A stretch of 63,576 nt of DNA, filler included, from Reclinomonas americana ATCC 50394 (GCA_048213135.1; 11 parts of 4 records of this genome joined end to end with filler, not necessarily neighbours in it); one strand, 5' to 3'. Positions 25,591-39,800 are shown, counted from the first letter of the whole stretch. Notes: generated by a model from the sequence alone, not told the origin. Program-made: numbers and translations.

Positions 25591-25967
25591 TGACACGTCG
25601 GCACGAATTCGAGTTCGAATTCCGCGATGCCTCAGTCTCTGGTGCTGCTCAGGATGGTGAGCTTAAGGGCAGCTGGGTTGCTGTTTGGATTAGTACAGTT
25701 GTTGTTGAGGTTGCTGCGCATGCTGATCTCTGATCTTCGCTTTTCCGCAATACTTGATTCGTGCAGTTGCTGACAGCTCAGTTTTCCAATGGACGGCGCG
25801 GAGAATAGAACCACCATCGCTTGACTCTGACTGTGCCCTTTCCCCACACGCGCTCCTACACAACGAAACGATCGAAACAGATGATCGATATCAGTATCCC
25901 CGACGCGAATTTTCGCCTGCGTGCGCCCGTTGTTGCAAACAACCCAACGATCGATCACAACACAAAG

Positions 25968-28900
25968 ATGAGCGATCCACTTCTCGCCGACGCGCGACTA
26001 GGCGCGCTACTGGCACCAGTCGACACCAGCAACCTGCGCACAATGCTCGAGGTTTGCGCACGCACACGCAAGACACACACACATAAAGACACTCTTTTCA
26101 CTCACACTCTCTCTCTCGCCAAAGGACATTATCCGCCGCCTGGTGACCGCCGAGAGCGGGCTGGCCTCCACCACCGCCGCGCTCTCCACGGCCAATGCGG
26201 CTCGCGATGCCCTCGCGCAACGATGCGCCCAGTTGGAGTCGCGAGCGTCGGCCTCGAGCAACGCCGACGCGCTCGCGCAAATGCTGGCCGCGCAGGTCGA
26301 CTCGCTCGCCTCGCGCCTCGCCACCGTCGAGAAGTGGGACGCGGGGACGCGCCTGGCCAAGCTCGAAGAGAGCGCGGCGCGCGGCGATGAGCAGAACGTC
26401 GAGCTGAGAGCCCTGATTGATCGATTGGCACAACAGCAGCAGCAACAACAACAACAGCAGCAACGTCCTGCTGCTCAGCCTCCTGCTCAGTCTACAGTAG
26501 CTCCTATTGTTGCGGCTTCCACTGGAGGCGTGTCGCAGGAGGCAATGGACCAAATGAGTCGCGAACTGGCCGAGCTCAAGCGTCGCCTGGAANNNNNNNN
26601 NNNNNNNNNNNNGGTCTCTCTCTCTCTAACATGTACTTCCTGTATCGCATAGTCACTCATATTCTTCGCTTGTATAGAGCTTGAGCGCGGCAATGTCCGC
26701 TCTGATGACGCCCCGCTGGATGTGTTTGTCGATCCGCAGCGAGGCGAGCTGTTCCCGATTCAGTTGTACACGCGACCGGCGCCCAACTCGACCGATATTA
26801 CGCAGGCCGACCCGATGGTGCAGGTGCTGGTGGAGAAGCTGCCGGAGAATGGAACGATTCTGCAGCTGCGGCCGCAGGAGGTGGCGACGGGAGGCAAGGG
26901 CGCGAAGAGCGGCAAGGATGCGGAGTCGTCGTCGTCGCCGGCACCGACGTTGGAGCCTGTTATGTTGCGTTTCCTTCTCTTTTCTTCTTCCACGTGGATT
27001 GTGGTCGTTTTTCTTGTTCTTCTTCGCCTCATCCTCCTTCTTATTCTTCTTTCTTCTTCTTCTTCGCCTTCTCCTTGTTGTTCGTGTTCTTGTTCTTCTC
27101 CTCCTCCCCCTTCTTCTTGTTCTTGTTCTTGTTCTTGTTCTTGTTCTTGTTCTTGTTCTTGTTCTTGTTCTTCTTCTTCTTCTTCTTCTTTTCTTCGCCT
27201 CCTCCTCCTCCTCCTCCTCCTCCTCCTCCTCCTCCTCCTCCTCCTCCTCCTCCTCCTCCTCCTCCNNNNNNNNNNNNNNNNNNNNNNNNNNNNNNNNNNN
27301 NNNNNNNNNTTAATTAATTAANNNNNNNNNNNNNNNNNNNNNNNNNNNNNNNNNNNNNNNNNNNNTGCGGCCAATCAGGCCTCTGGGCAGGCCACGGAGC
27401 TGGAGCTGGTGGCGCCGGGCACAGCCAACGTGGCCGAGTTCACCATGATTGCGTACAATCTGCTCAACCCCGAGCACTTTGACCGCATTGCCGAGTTTGT
27501 CGATCGGCTGCGTGCCGAACGCGATGCGCTGCCCAAGGCGGCGGCTGAGGAGGTGTGTCTTTATCACGTAGTCCACTTCTTTCTGGTGTTTGCATGTACT
27601 CACCGTGACTTCGTCTCCCCTGTCGCCAGCGTGCCTCTCTCGACACGCAAGTGACGCACCTGGAGCGCAAGCTCAGTGTCGCCAGCATGCACCGGCAGAA
27701 GAGCAAGCCGGCAATGTCCTCGTCGGGCACGTCGACCGCCGCCGGCAGCTCGTCCAACCTGCGTGCCGCCGCGGCATCGAGCGCCTCCGGCAGCAACGGC
27801 AAGGCAGGCAACCGTCGCGACACCAGCACCTCGTCCACTGGCACGGCCGCGGGCACGGCCACCGCCGCTGCCGATTCCGACAGTTGTGTGTTTCGCACGA
27901 AACACATGGGGAGTGGATTCATCATCTCACCTCATTTTCCCTTCCCCTCCTCTTCCAGGTGACGGCATGTCACCGTCGCCGTCCGGTGCGCCGACAATGA
28001 AGAAGGTCCGCGTGCACCTCGACAATGCCAGCGTGCAAACGATGGATCCGGAGTTGTTCAGCCGCATGGAGGCATGCGAGGACGCAGTTTTGTCCACGTC
28101 TGCGCGCAGTCTTACNNNNNNNNNNNNNNNNNNNNNNNNNNNNNNNNNNNNNNNNNNNNNNNNNNNNNNNNNNNNNNNNNNNNNNNNNNNNNNNNNNNNN
28201 NNNNNNNNNNNNNNNNNNNNNNNNNNNNNNNNNNNNNNNNNNNNNNNNNNNNNNNNNNNNNNNNNNNNNNNNNNNNNNNNNNNNNNNNNNNNNNNNNNNN
28301 NNNNNNNNNNNNNNNNNNNNNNNNNNNNNNNNNNNNNNNNNNNNNNNNNNNNNNNNNNNNNNNNNNNNNNNNNNNNNNNNNNNNNNNNNNNNNNNNNNNN
28401 NNNNNNNNNNNNNNNNNNNNNNNNNNNNNNNNNNNNNNNNNNNNNNNNNNNNNNNNNNNNNNNNNNNNNNNNNNNNNNNNNNNNNNNNNNNNNNNNNNNN
28501 NNNNNNNNNNNNNNNNNNNNNNNNNNNNNNNNNNNNNNNNNNNNNNNNNNNNNNNNNNNNNNNNNNNNNNNNNNNNNNNNNNNNNNNNNNNNNNNNNNNN
28601 NNNNNNNNNNNNNNNNNNNNNNNNNNNNNNNNNNNNNNNNNNNNNNNNNNNNNNNNNNNNNNNNNNNNNNNNNNNNNNNNNNNNNNNNNNNNNNNNNNNN
28701 NNNNNNNNNNNNNNNNNNNNNNNNNNNNNNNNNNNNNNNNNNNNNNNNNNNNNNNNNNNNNNNNNNNNNNNNNNNNNNNNNNNNNNNNNNNNNNNNNNNN
28801 NNNNNNNNNNNNNNNNNNNNNNNNNNNNNNNNNNNNNNNNNNNNNNNNNNNNNNNNNNNNNNNNNNNNNNNNNNNNNNNNNNNNNNNNNNNNNNNNNNNN

Positions 28901-31569
28901 NNNNNNNNNNNNNNNNNNNNNNNNNNNNNNNNNNNNNNNNNNNNNNNNNNNNNNNNNNNNNNNNNNNNNNNNNNNNNNNNNNNNNNNNNNNNNNNNNNNN
29001 NNNNNNNTCTCGGTGAGCTTGCCGGCCAAGTGGTGCGGCGCCACCACGTGCGTCTCGTGCTGATGCTGATGCAACGCATAGTCGCCCGCGTCACTCGAGT
29101 CGCCCGCCGCCGGCTGCACTGGCGGCGGAGGTGGTGGTGCGGCAGCCAGCAGCGACGGACCGGCCGCCAGCTGCGTCTGCATCATAGTCACCTTCTTTCG
29201 CAACTCGCTTAGGGCGTCGCGGAGCTCGTCGAGATCGTTGAGAGCGACCATGTTGCTGGCGGTCATGTTGGAGGCCGCGTTGCCACCGTTGCCACCGTTG
29301 CCGCCAGAGGTATCCACGCGGCCAGCCAGAGTTTGCAGCTGGTTGAACAGTTGCTGGATCTGCGACAGACAACAAGGGTGAGTGCCGGGAAAGATACGAG
29401 CANNNNNNNNNNNNNNNNNNNNNNNNNNNNNNNNNNNNNNNNNNNNTTAATTAATTAANNNNNNNNNNNNNNNNNNNNNNNNNNNNNNNNNNNNNNNNNN
29501 NNTTGACGAGGACATTGAGAAGACGCGCGCGGATTTGCGGTCGCTGCGTGGCGAGGTGGCCGCGCTGGACGAGTTGCGCGTGCGCCTGAGCACGGTGGAG
29601 CGTGTGCTGCCGCAAAAGGCCGATCGGTCGGATGTGGATGAGCTGAGCGCGGTGAGTGCGAGACAGGGGAAGGGAAAGGGGGGAAGGGGGGAGGGGGAAG
29701 GGGGAAGGGATAGGAGGGAGGGAGAGAGGATGATAGACGAATGACGAGTTGGTTTCTGCTCTCTTTCTCTCGCTGTTTGCATCGCATTACATTCTGCCTT
29801 CTCATTCTCTCTCCCACTCCGCCGGTCATTCGTTCCATGATTTTTGCCTTCCTGTGTGGTGGAATCAAGCTTCTTGCACCCTCCTCTGTTTCTTGTTGCA
29901 CCTCGCTTTCAGTGAAAACAGGTTCCTTCTTTCTGGCAACATTTTCTCTCTCTTACTCTTTCTCTCCACCTGCGTGAGTCTTTTCTTGAGTGTTGCCTGT
30001 TCTCGCTCGGACTGTCTGTCTTTCACGTCATTCGTTTTCTCGTTGCTCAGGATTCTCTTCTCTTCCATACTTCTTGCTTCTCTCTCCCCTCCTGCATCCA
30101 TCTTAGCATGATGGGTTTTTTGGTTGCTCGAATTCGGCCTCAAACACTTGTGGTATTTCTCGCACGTTTTCTATGCTCGCCCTTTCTCTCTTCTTCTCTG
30201 TCTCTCAGGTGCGTCTGTGGCTGCGTCTGTTCTCATTAATTGTCTCCTGCTCTCTGTTTATCAGTTTCTCTCCCCCTTTGTTTTCGTTCCTCGTCCGTTC
30301 GCTCTCCCTCGCTCTCCTCCTCCCTTTCCCCCTCTTCCTCTTTCTTCTTTCTCCTCACCTTCCATCTTCCCTCCCTCTCCTCCCCTTCCCTCCCATCCCT
30401 TCTCTTCCCTCTCTTCCCTCCCTTCTCACATGTCCTTCCCCTCCCCAGCGCTTGGAGAGCCGCCTGGCCGCCGCCTCGAGCAAGATGCTGGAGAGTCCAC
30501 GCCACTTGCCACGCAGCAGCCTGGAGCAGGACTCGGCCGGTGGAGACCTGGGAGCCGACGCCGGTTCCATTCTCAACGAACTGAGCGTGCTGCGCAAGGC
30601 GCTGAACCAGCATCGAGAGCTGATTGACGGCCTCGGTGAGAGGAAGCTCGACCGACGCGAGTTCCAGAATGCCATTCGCGAGCTCAAGGCGGTGCGTCGC
30701 CCTTTTCTCCTTTTTTCCCCCTCTCTGCCTGCTCACCGCTCCATTCGCGCAGGCCATCGAGTCGCTCGAGTCGACCAAGGCCGACACGCACATTGTGGCG
30801 CGCAAAGCGGAGCGCGACATGCTCGAGTCGGCGTTGGAGCGCATCAAGAAGGAGTTCTCCAAGTCGATGCAAGACAACAACAACACCACCACGACGGCCA
30901 TTCGTGACGCCGCCGATCACCTGGCCACCATGGTCGACGACAAGGCCGACCGCATCGAGGTGCGAAGAATCAAGGAGTTCCTCGTCAAGCACCTGCAAGA
31001 TAACGAGCCAGCCGACGGTGACGGTCTGGCTGGCGCGCGTGGCTTCCGCTGCTTGTCGTGCAACCGACCGATCCCCACCATGCGCATTCGGCCGGGCTCG
31101 TCGGTCCACGAGGTNNNNNNNNNNNNNNNNNNNNNNNNNNNNNNNNNNNNNNNNNNNNTTAATTAATTAANNNNNNNNNNNNNNNNNNNNNNNNNNNNNN
31201 NNNNNNNNNNNNNNGTTTGAAACGCGCCTGCCGCAGCCGGCCATGCGGCAAAAGTTGGTCACTGGGCGTCCGCGATTGCCGACCGAACTAGCGTTGCGTG
31301 ACACACATCAAAAGAAAATGGGAGAATGACTGTGTAAGCTCACCACTGCTCTCTATCCTCATGCATACAGCGCCAACTCGACGGCCCTGCGCACGATTCT
31401 GACGCAGCCTGGGCAGAGTCCCATGCCGCCTTCGGCGCCGGGAGCTGACCAAATGACGAACGGTGCACCGCCGCGTCACCTCACCTCTCCGGGCATGCCT
31501 CCGCCTGCACAATCATCGGCGCGAGGAGCAGACCAGACGGGTAGCAAGTTGCCACCCATCCGCCCGTGA
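25968..31569 (+). CDS. Long coiled-coil protein with a DUF4795 (QRICH2/C16orf96-like) C-terminal region, spread over several contigs
   Basis: Repeated KAD/KLD coiled-coil motifs, DGLAGARGFRCLSCNRP, terminal KLPPIRP*. Phase-consistent exons. Confidence 0.7.
29008..29359 (-). CDS. Inverted exon belonging to the DUF4795 gene
   Basis: IQQLFNQLQTL...HLAGKLTE. If flipped, it joins 29503 with no missing base (GAG A|TT GAC = TEIDEDIEK). Confidence 0.75.
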
Positions 31570-31803
31570 GATGAAATGATTTGCCCGGTAGAATAGTAGT
31601 GCGTCTGATTTGAAAAAAGAGGAATTGTGGCGGCTGCCAAGCGTGTTTTGGCAGCTTTGCGAGTAAGGGGAAAAATGTGGAGTAGAGAGCGGGTCTTAAA
31701 CTGACCGCCAACAGTGTATGCGAAGCGATGATGATGCGCGGTGTGGTATCATTGATAGACACTTACTCGCTCGCTCCCTCTAGTCTCTTCAAATCTCACT
31801 CAA

Positions 31804-33154
31804 TTACGACGACGCGGCAGAGCGAGCCAAGAAACCGGCCATGGACTCCAGGTCGCGGCCGAGCCACGCCACCGAGCTCTCAATCTCCTCCACGGACTGG
31901 TTGATGGCGCGATTGGCGGCTGGGACCGGGTGCGCGGCAAAGAACGAGCGCACATCCTCGGCGTGCTCGGTCTTGGTGAACGACGAGCAGACGGACTTGA
32001 CCAGGTTGGCCAGCATGAAGCCGCCCTCACCATAGCTGTAGAGGGGGAGGGGAAAGGGGGAAGGGGAAGGGTAAGGGGAAGGGGAAGGGCAAAGAAAAGA
32101 GGAGAGGGAGCAGGGTGAGCAACAAGGGAGATGCTTTGGTGACGAAAACAACACAGCGCGCACGCACCGACTGTTGAACACGTCAAAGTGCTGCTTGAAG
32201 AAGTTCCACGTCACATCGCGGTGCGCCGGGTTGCCGCCGACACCGGCGACAGCCGACACGGTGTCTTGCGATCGCACCGCGTCGCTGATGGAGAACTCGA
32301 GAGTGCGCACAGCGAGGTCGTGCTCACGAGCGCTGCCGAGAGTGCGCAGCACGCGGACCTGCCAGCACACGGCGATGACAACGCAGCGGCGGTGGCGAAT
32401 CGGCAGATGAAAAAAGCACGCACCTTCTCCTCTTGCATCTCAGCGCGGTGGTAGTGCTCCATGAGCGCATTGTAGGCCTCGGCACCGCCAAAGCGGAGCG
32501 ACTGCATCACACCATTCAATGATGAGCGACAACAATCGCATCCATGCCTTAAGCACACGCAAAAAAACACACCACCGAGTACACCACGGAACGCAGATCG
32601 GCAAGCAGTGGCGCCTCGCCCTTCAAGAACTTGTTGAAGCGTGCGAGTGCCTAACAGATGTGCAGTGAGTGCCGAGTGCGAACTGACACATGGAGAGAAT
32701 TTACAAAGCGGAACCTCGGCAATGGTCGACTCGTCGCCAGCCATGCCCAGACGGCCAAGCACCAGCGGGCGGAGCATGGTGTCCGAGTGCGACTCACCCG
32801 GTCGCGGGTCCCAGCCCAGCTGCACCAACAGCGGTCAGCAACAGGGAGAGGTGGAAAAGCATCGCCTTGACATTTGCTCACCTTGGCACCAATGCGACCA
32901 AACAGCTTGCGCTGGAAGGCCTTCAGGCTGTCGGCCGCCGGTGTGTCGAACAGCAGGCGGGAGATCTCGCCCAAGTTGGTGGCCAGATCCACCCACACTG
33001 CGACAACAAAAAGTCAGGAAGAGAAGGAAGTTGCGCAGGAGTGTGGATGCACGCGCATACCGGTGTAGTCCTCCTCGCCCTCGTAGGCCTCGAAGATCGA
33101 GAGCGCGGTGGTCGTGCTCAGCAGGCCAGCGCGGGCCAGTGAGAGGGCGTCGTT
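31804..33154 (-). CDS. NPEPPS: M1 (puromycin-sensitive-like) aminopeptidase, C-terminal ERAP1-like exons
   Basis: NDALSLARAG, EEDYTVW, LGWDPRPGESHSDTMLRPLVL, QEEKVRVLRTLG, VRSQD, WNFFKQHFD, RAINQSVEEI. Confidence 0.85.
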
Positions 33155-33459
33155 CTGCGGGAGGGAGAAGGGAGAGTGAGAACAGGAAGAGGTGGAGGGG
33201 AAGGGGAAGGGGAAGGGGAAGGGGAAGGGGAAGGGGAAGGGGAAGGGGAAGGGAAGGGAAGGGAAGGGAAGGGAAGGGAAAGGGAAGGGAAGGGAAGGGA
33301 AGGGAAGGGAAGAGGGAGGGAAGGAGNNNNNNNNNNNNNNNNNNNNNNNNNNNNNNNNNNNNNNNNNNNNNNNNNNNNNNNNNNNNNNNNNNNNNNNNNN
33401 NNNNNNNNNNNNNNNNNNNNNNNNNNNNNNNNNNNNNNNNNNNNNNNNNNNNATCCTTC

Positions 33460-33505
<46 letters not shown>

Positions 33506-33835
33506 GCCATTCTCATCATTCTGCAGTCGTCTTCCTCGCTCGGAGCTGCGTACTTTTTCTCCCTCCTTCCTCCGCTTCTGTTTCACTTGCTCTCTCTCTC
33601 TCTCTCTCTCTCTGTTCATCTCTCAATCTCGTTCTTATTGCTCCTCGCTTATTTCTCCATCACCTCCTTTGATCTCTCGTTCTCGCACACACACACACAC
33701 ACAGTTTCTCTCGCAGCCTCTTTCTTTCTTTCTTTCTTTCTTTTCGTCAACCCTTTTCTTCGCTTCTCTAGCTATTGACGGCAAGCTCTCAAGTCACCTC
33801 TTTCTTTCTCGCTTGGCTGTCTTCCTCTCTCTTGT

Positions 33836-33867
<32 letters not shown>

Positions 33868-34003
33868 ACTTTCTTTCTTTCTTTTTACTTCTTCCTCTCC
33901 CTCTTTTCCCATCTCTCCCTTCCCTCCCTCCCTTCCCCCTTCCCCTAACACCCCCTTCCCTCCCTTCCCTCTCCCCTACTTCCCTCACTCTCCCTCCGCT
34001 CAG

Positions 34004-34922
34004 CTGGGACGAGCCGGCAAAGAAGGCCGTGTTCAAGGTCGCCCTGACCGTGCCGAAGCACCTGGAGGCCGTCAGCAACATGCCGATTGTGACGAGTGTC
34101 GAGAGCGGCGACTTGAAGGTGCATACGAGAAGACTCTCTCTTTCTCTCATCTGACACCATTCACTGACGTCGTCGCCCGTCTGCAGACCGTGACATACGC
34201 CGACAGCCCGGTGATGAGCACATACCTGCTGGCGTTTGTGATTGGCGAGCTGGAGTACATTGAGGACGTGACCAGCGAGTTGCGCCAGTGTGAAGACATG
34301 GGTTTCGTTCTTTTCGCATTTTTTGCTGACTTCACGCAGGGGCACCATTGTGCGCGTGTACACCACTCCGGGCAAGAAGGAGCAGGGCCGCTTCGCGCTC
34401 GACGTGGCCAAGCGCACGCTGCCGTACTACACCGAGTGGTTCAGCATTCCGTACCCGCTGCCAAAGGTCGACCTGCTGGCGGTTCCGGATTTCGCCGCTG
34501 GCGGTGCGTTGTCAGGGAATGGAAGAATCGAATCCACTCTTGACTCTAACTTTTTATGTCGTGCGGCAGCCATGGAGAACTGGGGCTGCATCACGTACCG
34601 CGAGACCGCACTGCTTGTGGACCCTGTGAACTCGTCGACGCCGTCCAAGCAGTGGGTGGCGCTGGTGGTGACCCACGAGCTGGCTCACCAGTGTTGCGTC
34701 TGATTGCGGGTGTGCATGTGCTTGTTTTCGGGCGTCTCATCGTGGCGCCTTTTTGCAGGGTTCGGCAACCTGGTCACCATGGAGTGGTGGGATGCCTTGT
34801 GGCTGAACGAGGGCTTTGGTTCGTGTCTGTGTATAACTGTCGCGTGTCGCGCGATGCCTCAAATGTTGCTTCACAGCCACCTGGGTCGAGTACCTGGCCA
34901 CTGACTTCCTGTTCCCCGAATG
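34004..34922 (+). CDS. NPEPPS: M1 aminopeptidase catalytic exons, inverted relative to the rest of the gene
   Basis: [69 protein letters not shown] (GAMEN and HExxH..E motifs). Confidence 0.95.
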
Positions 34923-34927
34923 GTGCG

Positions 34928-34974
<47 letters not shown>

Positions 34975-35100
34975 TGTGTGTGTGTGTGTGTGTNNNNNNN
35001 NNNNNNNNNNNNNNNNNNNNNNNNNNNNNNNNNNNNNTTAATTAATTAANNNNNNNNNNNNNNNNNNNNNNNNNNNNNNNNNNNNNNNNNNNNAGACAGA

Positions 35101-35143
<43 letters not shown>

Positions 35144-35340
35144 AAGGATGCAACTGCAAAGATATCGAGGAAGTGGGAGAGTGAATGAAAGAGGCACAGA
35201 CGAACCAGCATGCAGTATGTTCTCCCTCGTCTTTTCTGCATCTCTTCTCCTATGCTCTCTCCATCCCTTCTCCTCCTCTGCCCTCCCCGTTTCCCACTCG
35301 TCATGACACGACATCGGGGCTCATGCCACGGACAACTCAC

Positions 35341-36044
35341 CAAGGCAACGCACGACGCGCATCCGTGCTCTCAAACTGCGTCGTGGCCATGACGCGCTCC
35401 ACTCCATGCGCATCCTTGTAGATGCTGCGATAGAACCTACATCCCACCAAACAACACTTGAGAAAGAGAAAAAAAGATCCAGCACAAAACCGAACACACT
35501 TCGCCACACTCACTCACCCTCGGAGCTTGTCATTGAGAATGCCCGTGTACACGACGCTAATGCGCAGCGACGACGCCTGTCCTGCAGCAGTCGGCACCAA
35601 ATCGCCGTCGAGCTCCACCGTCGTCACATCATCGTCCTCCGTGTGACGAAAATTCACCACATTCGGCGCCTGCCCGTGCTCGCCCGACGTGTACGCCACC
35701 GTCAGTCGGCTGATCTGCGTTCCACGCGCCTCAGCTTCAACTCGGCGGCGACAGGCAAAGAAGGGAAAATTACCTCAATTTCAGTGGTGTGGAATTGGAA
35801 TGTCCGAGTGGCGCGCTCCACGCGGGCATCAATGTGCACCTCGCCCGCAAAGGTGAATGCCACCAAGTCCGGAGTCAAGTGCAGGTCATAGTACACCGGA
35901 GTCACCGCTGCACACATGAGAGAGAGAGAGGAAAAATGCTCAACAAAGATGAGTGTGACATTTCACACACGCGCAAACAAACACACGCGCGCATTCGCAC
36001 TCACAGTCGTCAAGCAGCTCACGTCGTCGCTCTTCTCCGCTCAT
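35341..36044 (-). CDS. NPEPPS: M1 aminopeptidase N-terminal exons
   Basis: RELLDDSVTPVYYDLHLTPDL, YTGILNDKLRGFYRSIY, TTQFESTDARRALP. The phase-2 donor at 35340 matches the acceptor at 34003 (TG|C). Confidence 0.9.
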
Positions 36045-36376
36045 TGTCGTTGTCTTTGTCGCTGTTGTCAGTGCGTGCACTTTGACTTGCAAATTTTGGG
36101 TGATGAGTTGTCCACAGGACACGAGCGAGATGAGTGAAGCACCCAGTAAAGCGATAGTGGAGAGTGGTGTGAGTGACGCACGCACACAAGCACACACGCA
36201 CTACGTCGCGCGGAATTTCTTGCAAAATAGGAACGTCGACGTCGACGTTGTCAATTGCCAGGCCAGCAGACGCACACAGAGAGCGGAAACGTGCGCGCTC
36301 TGTGCACACGACATTCAGCAGCTATGACGCCTCTCCGCACTCTTCTCTGTTGCACAGGACACACGCGACGTTCATC

Positions 36377-36690
36377 ATGAGTGTGACTGAGAGCACGCGC
36401 TCCACTGCGCTCTATCTCTATCGCAACCTGCTGCGACAACTCGACTTTCGCGTGCTCTCCACTGGCGAGCGCGAGGCCAGAAAAGCAGTGCGTGCGCATG
36501 TCATTGTCTTTGTGTCTTTTCGTCTCTCACTTTGTGTGTGCAGGAAGTGCGTCGCGTGTTCCGCGCCTCCCAGCACGCCTCACTGTCCACACGCGACGTC
36601 GACGAGCTCATACGCACAGGACGCCACGTGCTGGATGCGTTGGATGCCGGTCGAATGCCTCCATTCCCCTCATCATCATCATCCACATAG
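36377..36690 (+). CDS. Small LYR-motif (Complex1_LYR-like) protein, exons 36377-36487 and 36544-36690
   Basis: ALYLYRNLLR...EVRRVFR...DVDELIRTG. 85 aa, phase-0 GT-AG intron. Confidence 0.8.
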
Positions 36691-36818
36691 TACATCTCAT
36701 CAGTCAATCACTCCAAGTCAATCATCCCTGCTGCTGCTGCTGCTGTCGATGCTGCTGACCATATATCATCATCATCATCACACATGGTACATATCATCAT
36801 CAGTCACATCGCGCATCA

Positions 36819-39800
36819 CTATCTCCGCTGCTGTTGCGCTGCGTACTGCTGCTGCTGTTGTTGCTGTTGTGCAGGAGGATACTGGCCATATTGAGCGTAG
36901 TAAGCCTGTGCGTTGTCGTAGGCGGCGGCATTGGCGGCGGGAGCGGCGCGTTGTCGGCGCAGAGCCTCGCGTTGTTGGTACACTTGGGAGTCGTAGGCCA
37001 CCTGCGCTTGTTGTTGCTGGAAGAGGGCGTCGTAGGCGGCTTGCTGGNNNNNNNNNNNNNNNNNNNNTTCTCTCTCTCTCTCTCACTCTCTCTCTCTCTC
37101 TCTCTCTCTAACTGTACTGTGAGCTAATCAACTCAGTTTCTTGGGCGCATGAGCTTTTTCTGCCTGTTTGTACAAGCGCGTTCTCTCTCTTTGCGTCTCG
37201 TGCGTGTGTGTGTGTGTCTCGGCGTATGTTACTTTCCTCTCTCCTTCACTCCCTGTCTGTGCATGTGTGGGCGCTTGAATTCAAGCAGTGCAACTCAGAC
37301 TTCTGCTTGCTCGAAAGTCTTCTCCCTCCCTCCACCTCTCTCTCTCTCTCTCCTCTCTGTGTGCGCGCGTCGGCGCACGCTTCTAGCAAGTCCTCCTTTC
37401 TCTCTCTCGCTCTCTCTCTTTCCCTCTCCTTCTGTGTCTCTGTGAGTGTGTCGCTTGGCTGTCAGCAAATCAACTCCTGGATTCATGAGCTTGTGGTCTC
37501 TTCCTATCTCATGAAGCTGCGCTTGTCCGTGTGAACGTTTTTTCTCTCTCTTCATCTCTCGCCCTTCCCCATACTCTCCAGTCTCATCTTCACTGGGCAA
37601 CTCCTACGTGGCGGCATTCGATTCCTTTCATCTCTCTTCTCAGTGCATCTGTTGTCGGCGTGCAAGGGTTCCCTCCCGTGTACACTTGGAACGCAAGTGC
37701 TTCTCTTCTTCTTCGCCCTCTCCCTCTCTCTCTCTCTCTCACCCACCCACCCCACTCACTGCGCAACGCAACGACGATAAATACCTGGCTGTTGTTGTTG
37801 CTGTTGCGGTTGGTGTTGCTGCTGCTGTGGCGGCGGTCCACGTTGCATCGGTGGCGGCTGTGACACACCTCGCGTCGTCGGCGGCGACACAGACGACGCC
37901 CGCACTGCGGCGTGCATCTGCTGTGGTGCCGCCTGTTCGTAGCCGCGCGGCTGCTGTGACATGCCGCGCATCATGGGTGCCGCGCTGGGGGCGCGCACAC
38001 GCATGCGAGCCGCGTCGGGCGGCATTTGACCAGACGGCACCGACGCTTGTCGCATGCGGTTCGACTGTGGTGGCTCATATCCGTTGGTGTCGGGCCGCTC
38101 CGGCGCCGTGTCGTCGGGAACCTGCCAGGACCACACAAACAAAGTAAGCGCAAAGAACAATGAGCAAAGTGGGGTGACTAGAAGACGCAACATCTCGTCG
38201 CCGACCCGCCGTCTGCGCGTACAACTGCTGCTGCTGGTAAAACGACTGTTGCTGTCGGTAAATCTCCTCCTGCATTCGCATGCGCTGTTGCATCATCATG
38301 TCCACATCGTTGGGATTCCACTGCGGCGGGCTGGGGTCGCGCGGCTGTGCCGGGTAGGCGTACGGTGCGGCGTAGTAGTTGCCCGCAGCCGCAGCACCGT
38401 ATGGATCCATCGAGGCGGCCGGTGGAGCGCCGTACGGATCAGTAGCAAAATCAGGTGGTGCGGCGGCCGCAGCGCCACCGCCTGGTGAGCGCAAGAACTC
38501 TTGCGGGTAACGCGACTGCCGTGGTGGCGTCAGCACAAAAATACGCAAATGGAAATGCCAGAGATACGACACACTCACCGGCTGCTGCCACCTCTCCTGT
38601 CCGTAATCGGCCTTTTGTCGCGCCACCTCCTCCATTCGCCGTTGCTGCTCGGCGGCCAGCTGCTGCTGTCGCTCGTAGTCCTCTTGCTTGCGCCTGCACA
38701 AGGTTTTCTCGGCAATCAGCGAGGTTGCCAGGAAGACAACCAAGTCCATCGAAATAAACAAACCGCTGCTCCTCCCACGCCCGTCGCCGTCGCTCTTCCT
38801 CCAGGGCACGCTGTTGCTCCTCGCGCGATTGTCGTCGAGTGGATTCCGCCTCTGCAACACACACATGTTGTCAGCAAGCAATGCACCAAATCGCCATTGC
38901 TTCTCTCTCTCTCTCTCACTTNNNNNNNNNNNNNNNNNNNNNNNNNNNNNNNNNNNNNNNNNNNNNNNNNNNNNNNNNNNNNNNNNNNNNNNNNNNNNNN
39001 NNNNNNNNNNNNNNNNNNNNNNNNNNNNNNNNNNNNNNNNNNNNNNNNNNNNNNNNNNNNNNNNNNNNNNNNNNNNNNNNNNNNNNNNNNNNNNNNNNNN
39101 NNNNNNNNNNNNNNNNNNNNNNNNNNNNNNNNNNNNNNNNNNNNNNNNNNNNNNNNNNNNNNNNNNNNNNNNNNNNNNNNNNNNNNNNNNNNNNNNNNNN
39201 NNNNNNNNNNNNNNNNNNNNNNNNNNNNNNNNNNNNNNNNNNNNNNNNNNNNNNNNNNNNNNNNNNNNNNNNNNNNNNNNNNNNNNNNNNNNNNNNNNNN
39301 NNNNNNNNNNNNNNNNNNNNNNNNNNNNNNNNNNNNNNNNNNNNNNNNNNNNNNNNNNNNNNNNNNNNNNNNNNNNNNNNNNNNNNNNNNNNNNNNNNNN
39401 NNNNNNNNNNNNNNNNNNNNNNNNNNNNNNNNNNNNNNNNNNNNNNNNNNNNNNNNNNNNNNNNNNNNNNNNNNNNNNNNNNNNNNCCGATGCTGGCCGC
39501 TGTGGCGGTGGTTGCTCGGCAGCGCGACGGGCGGCGGCGGCGGCAGCGGCGGCCATTTGTGCGTCTTGGAAGAGCTCGTATGGGTTGGCGATGGTGGGGG
39601 CGGCCTGTGGGTGGGGTGAGGTGAGGGAAAGGGAAAGGGATATGGGAAGCGATGGAGACGGGGGAGAGAGAGCAAGCATCTCACCCGCGGTTGTGGTGGA
39701 GGTTGGCGGTCGTCGAATTCGCTGCGAGACGAACAAAGCAAGTGAGTCGAATGAGGCGAGAGGCAGAGACAAGTCAGCTCGGATGCACCTGTGCTCCAAG

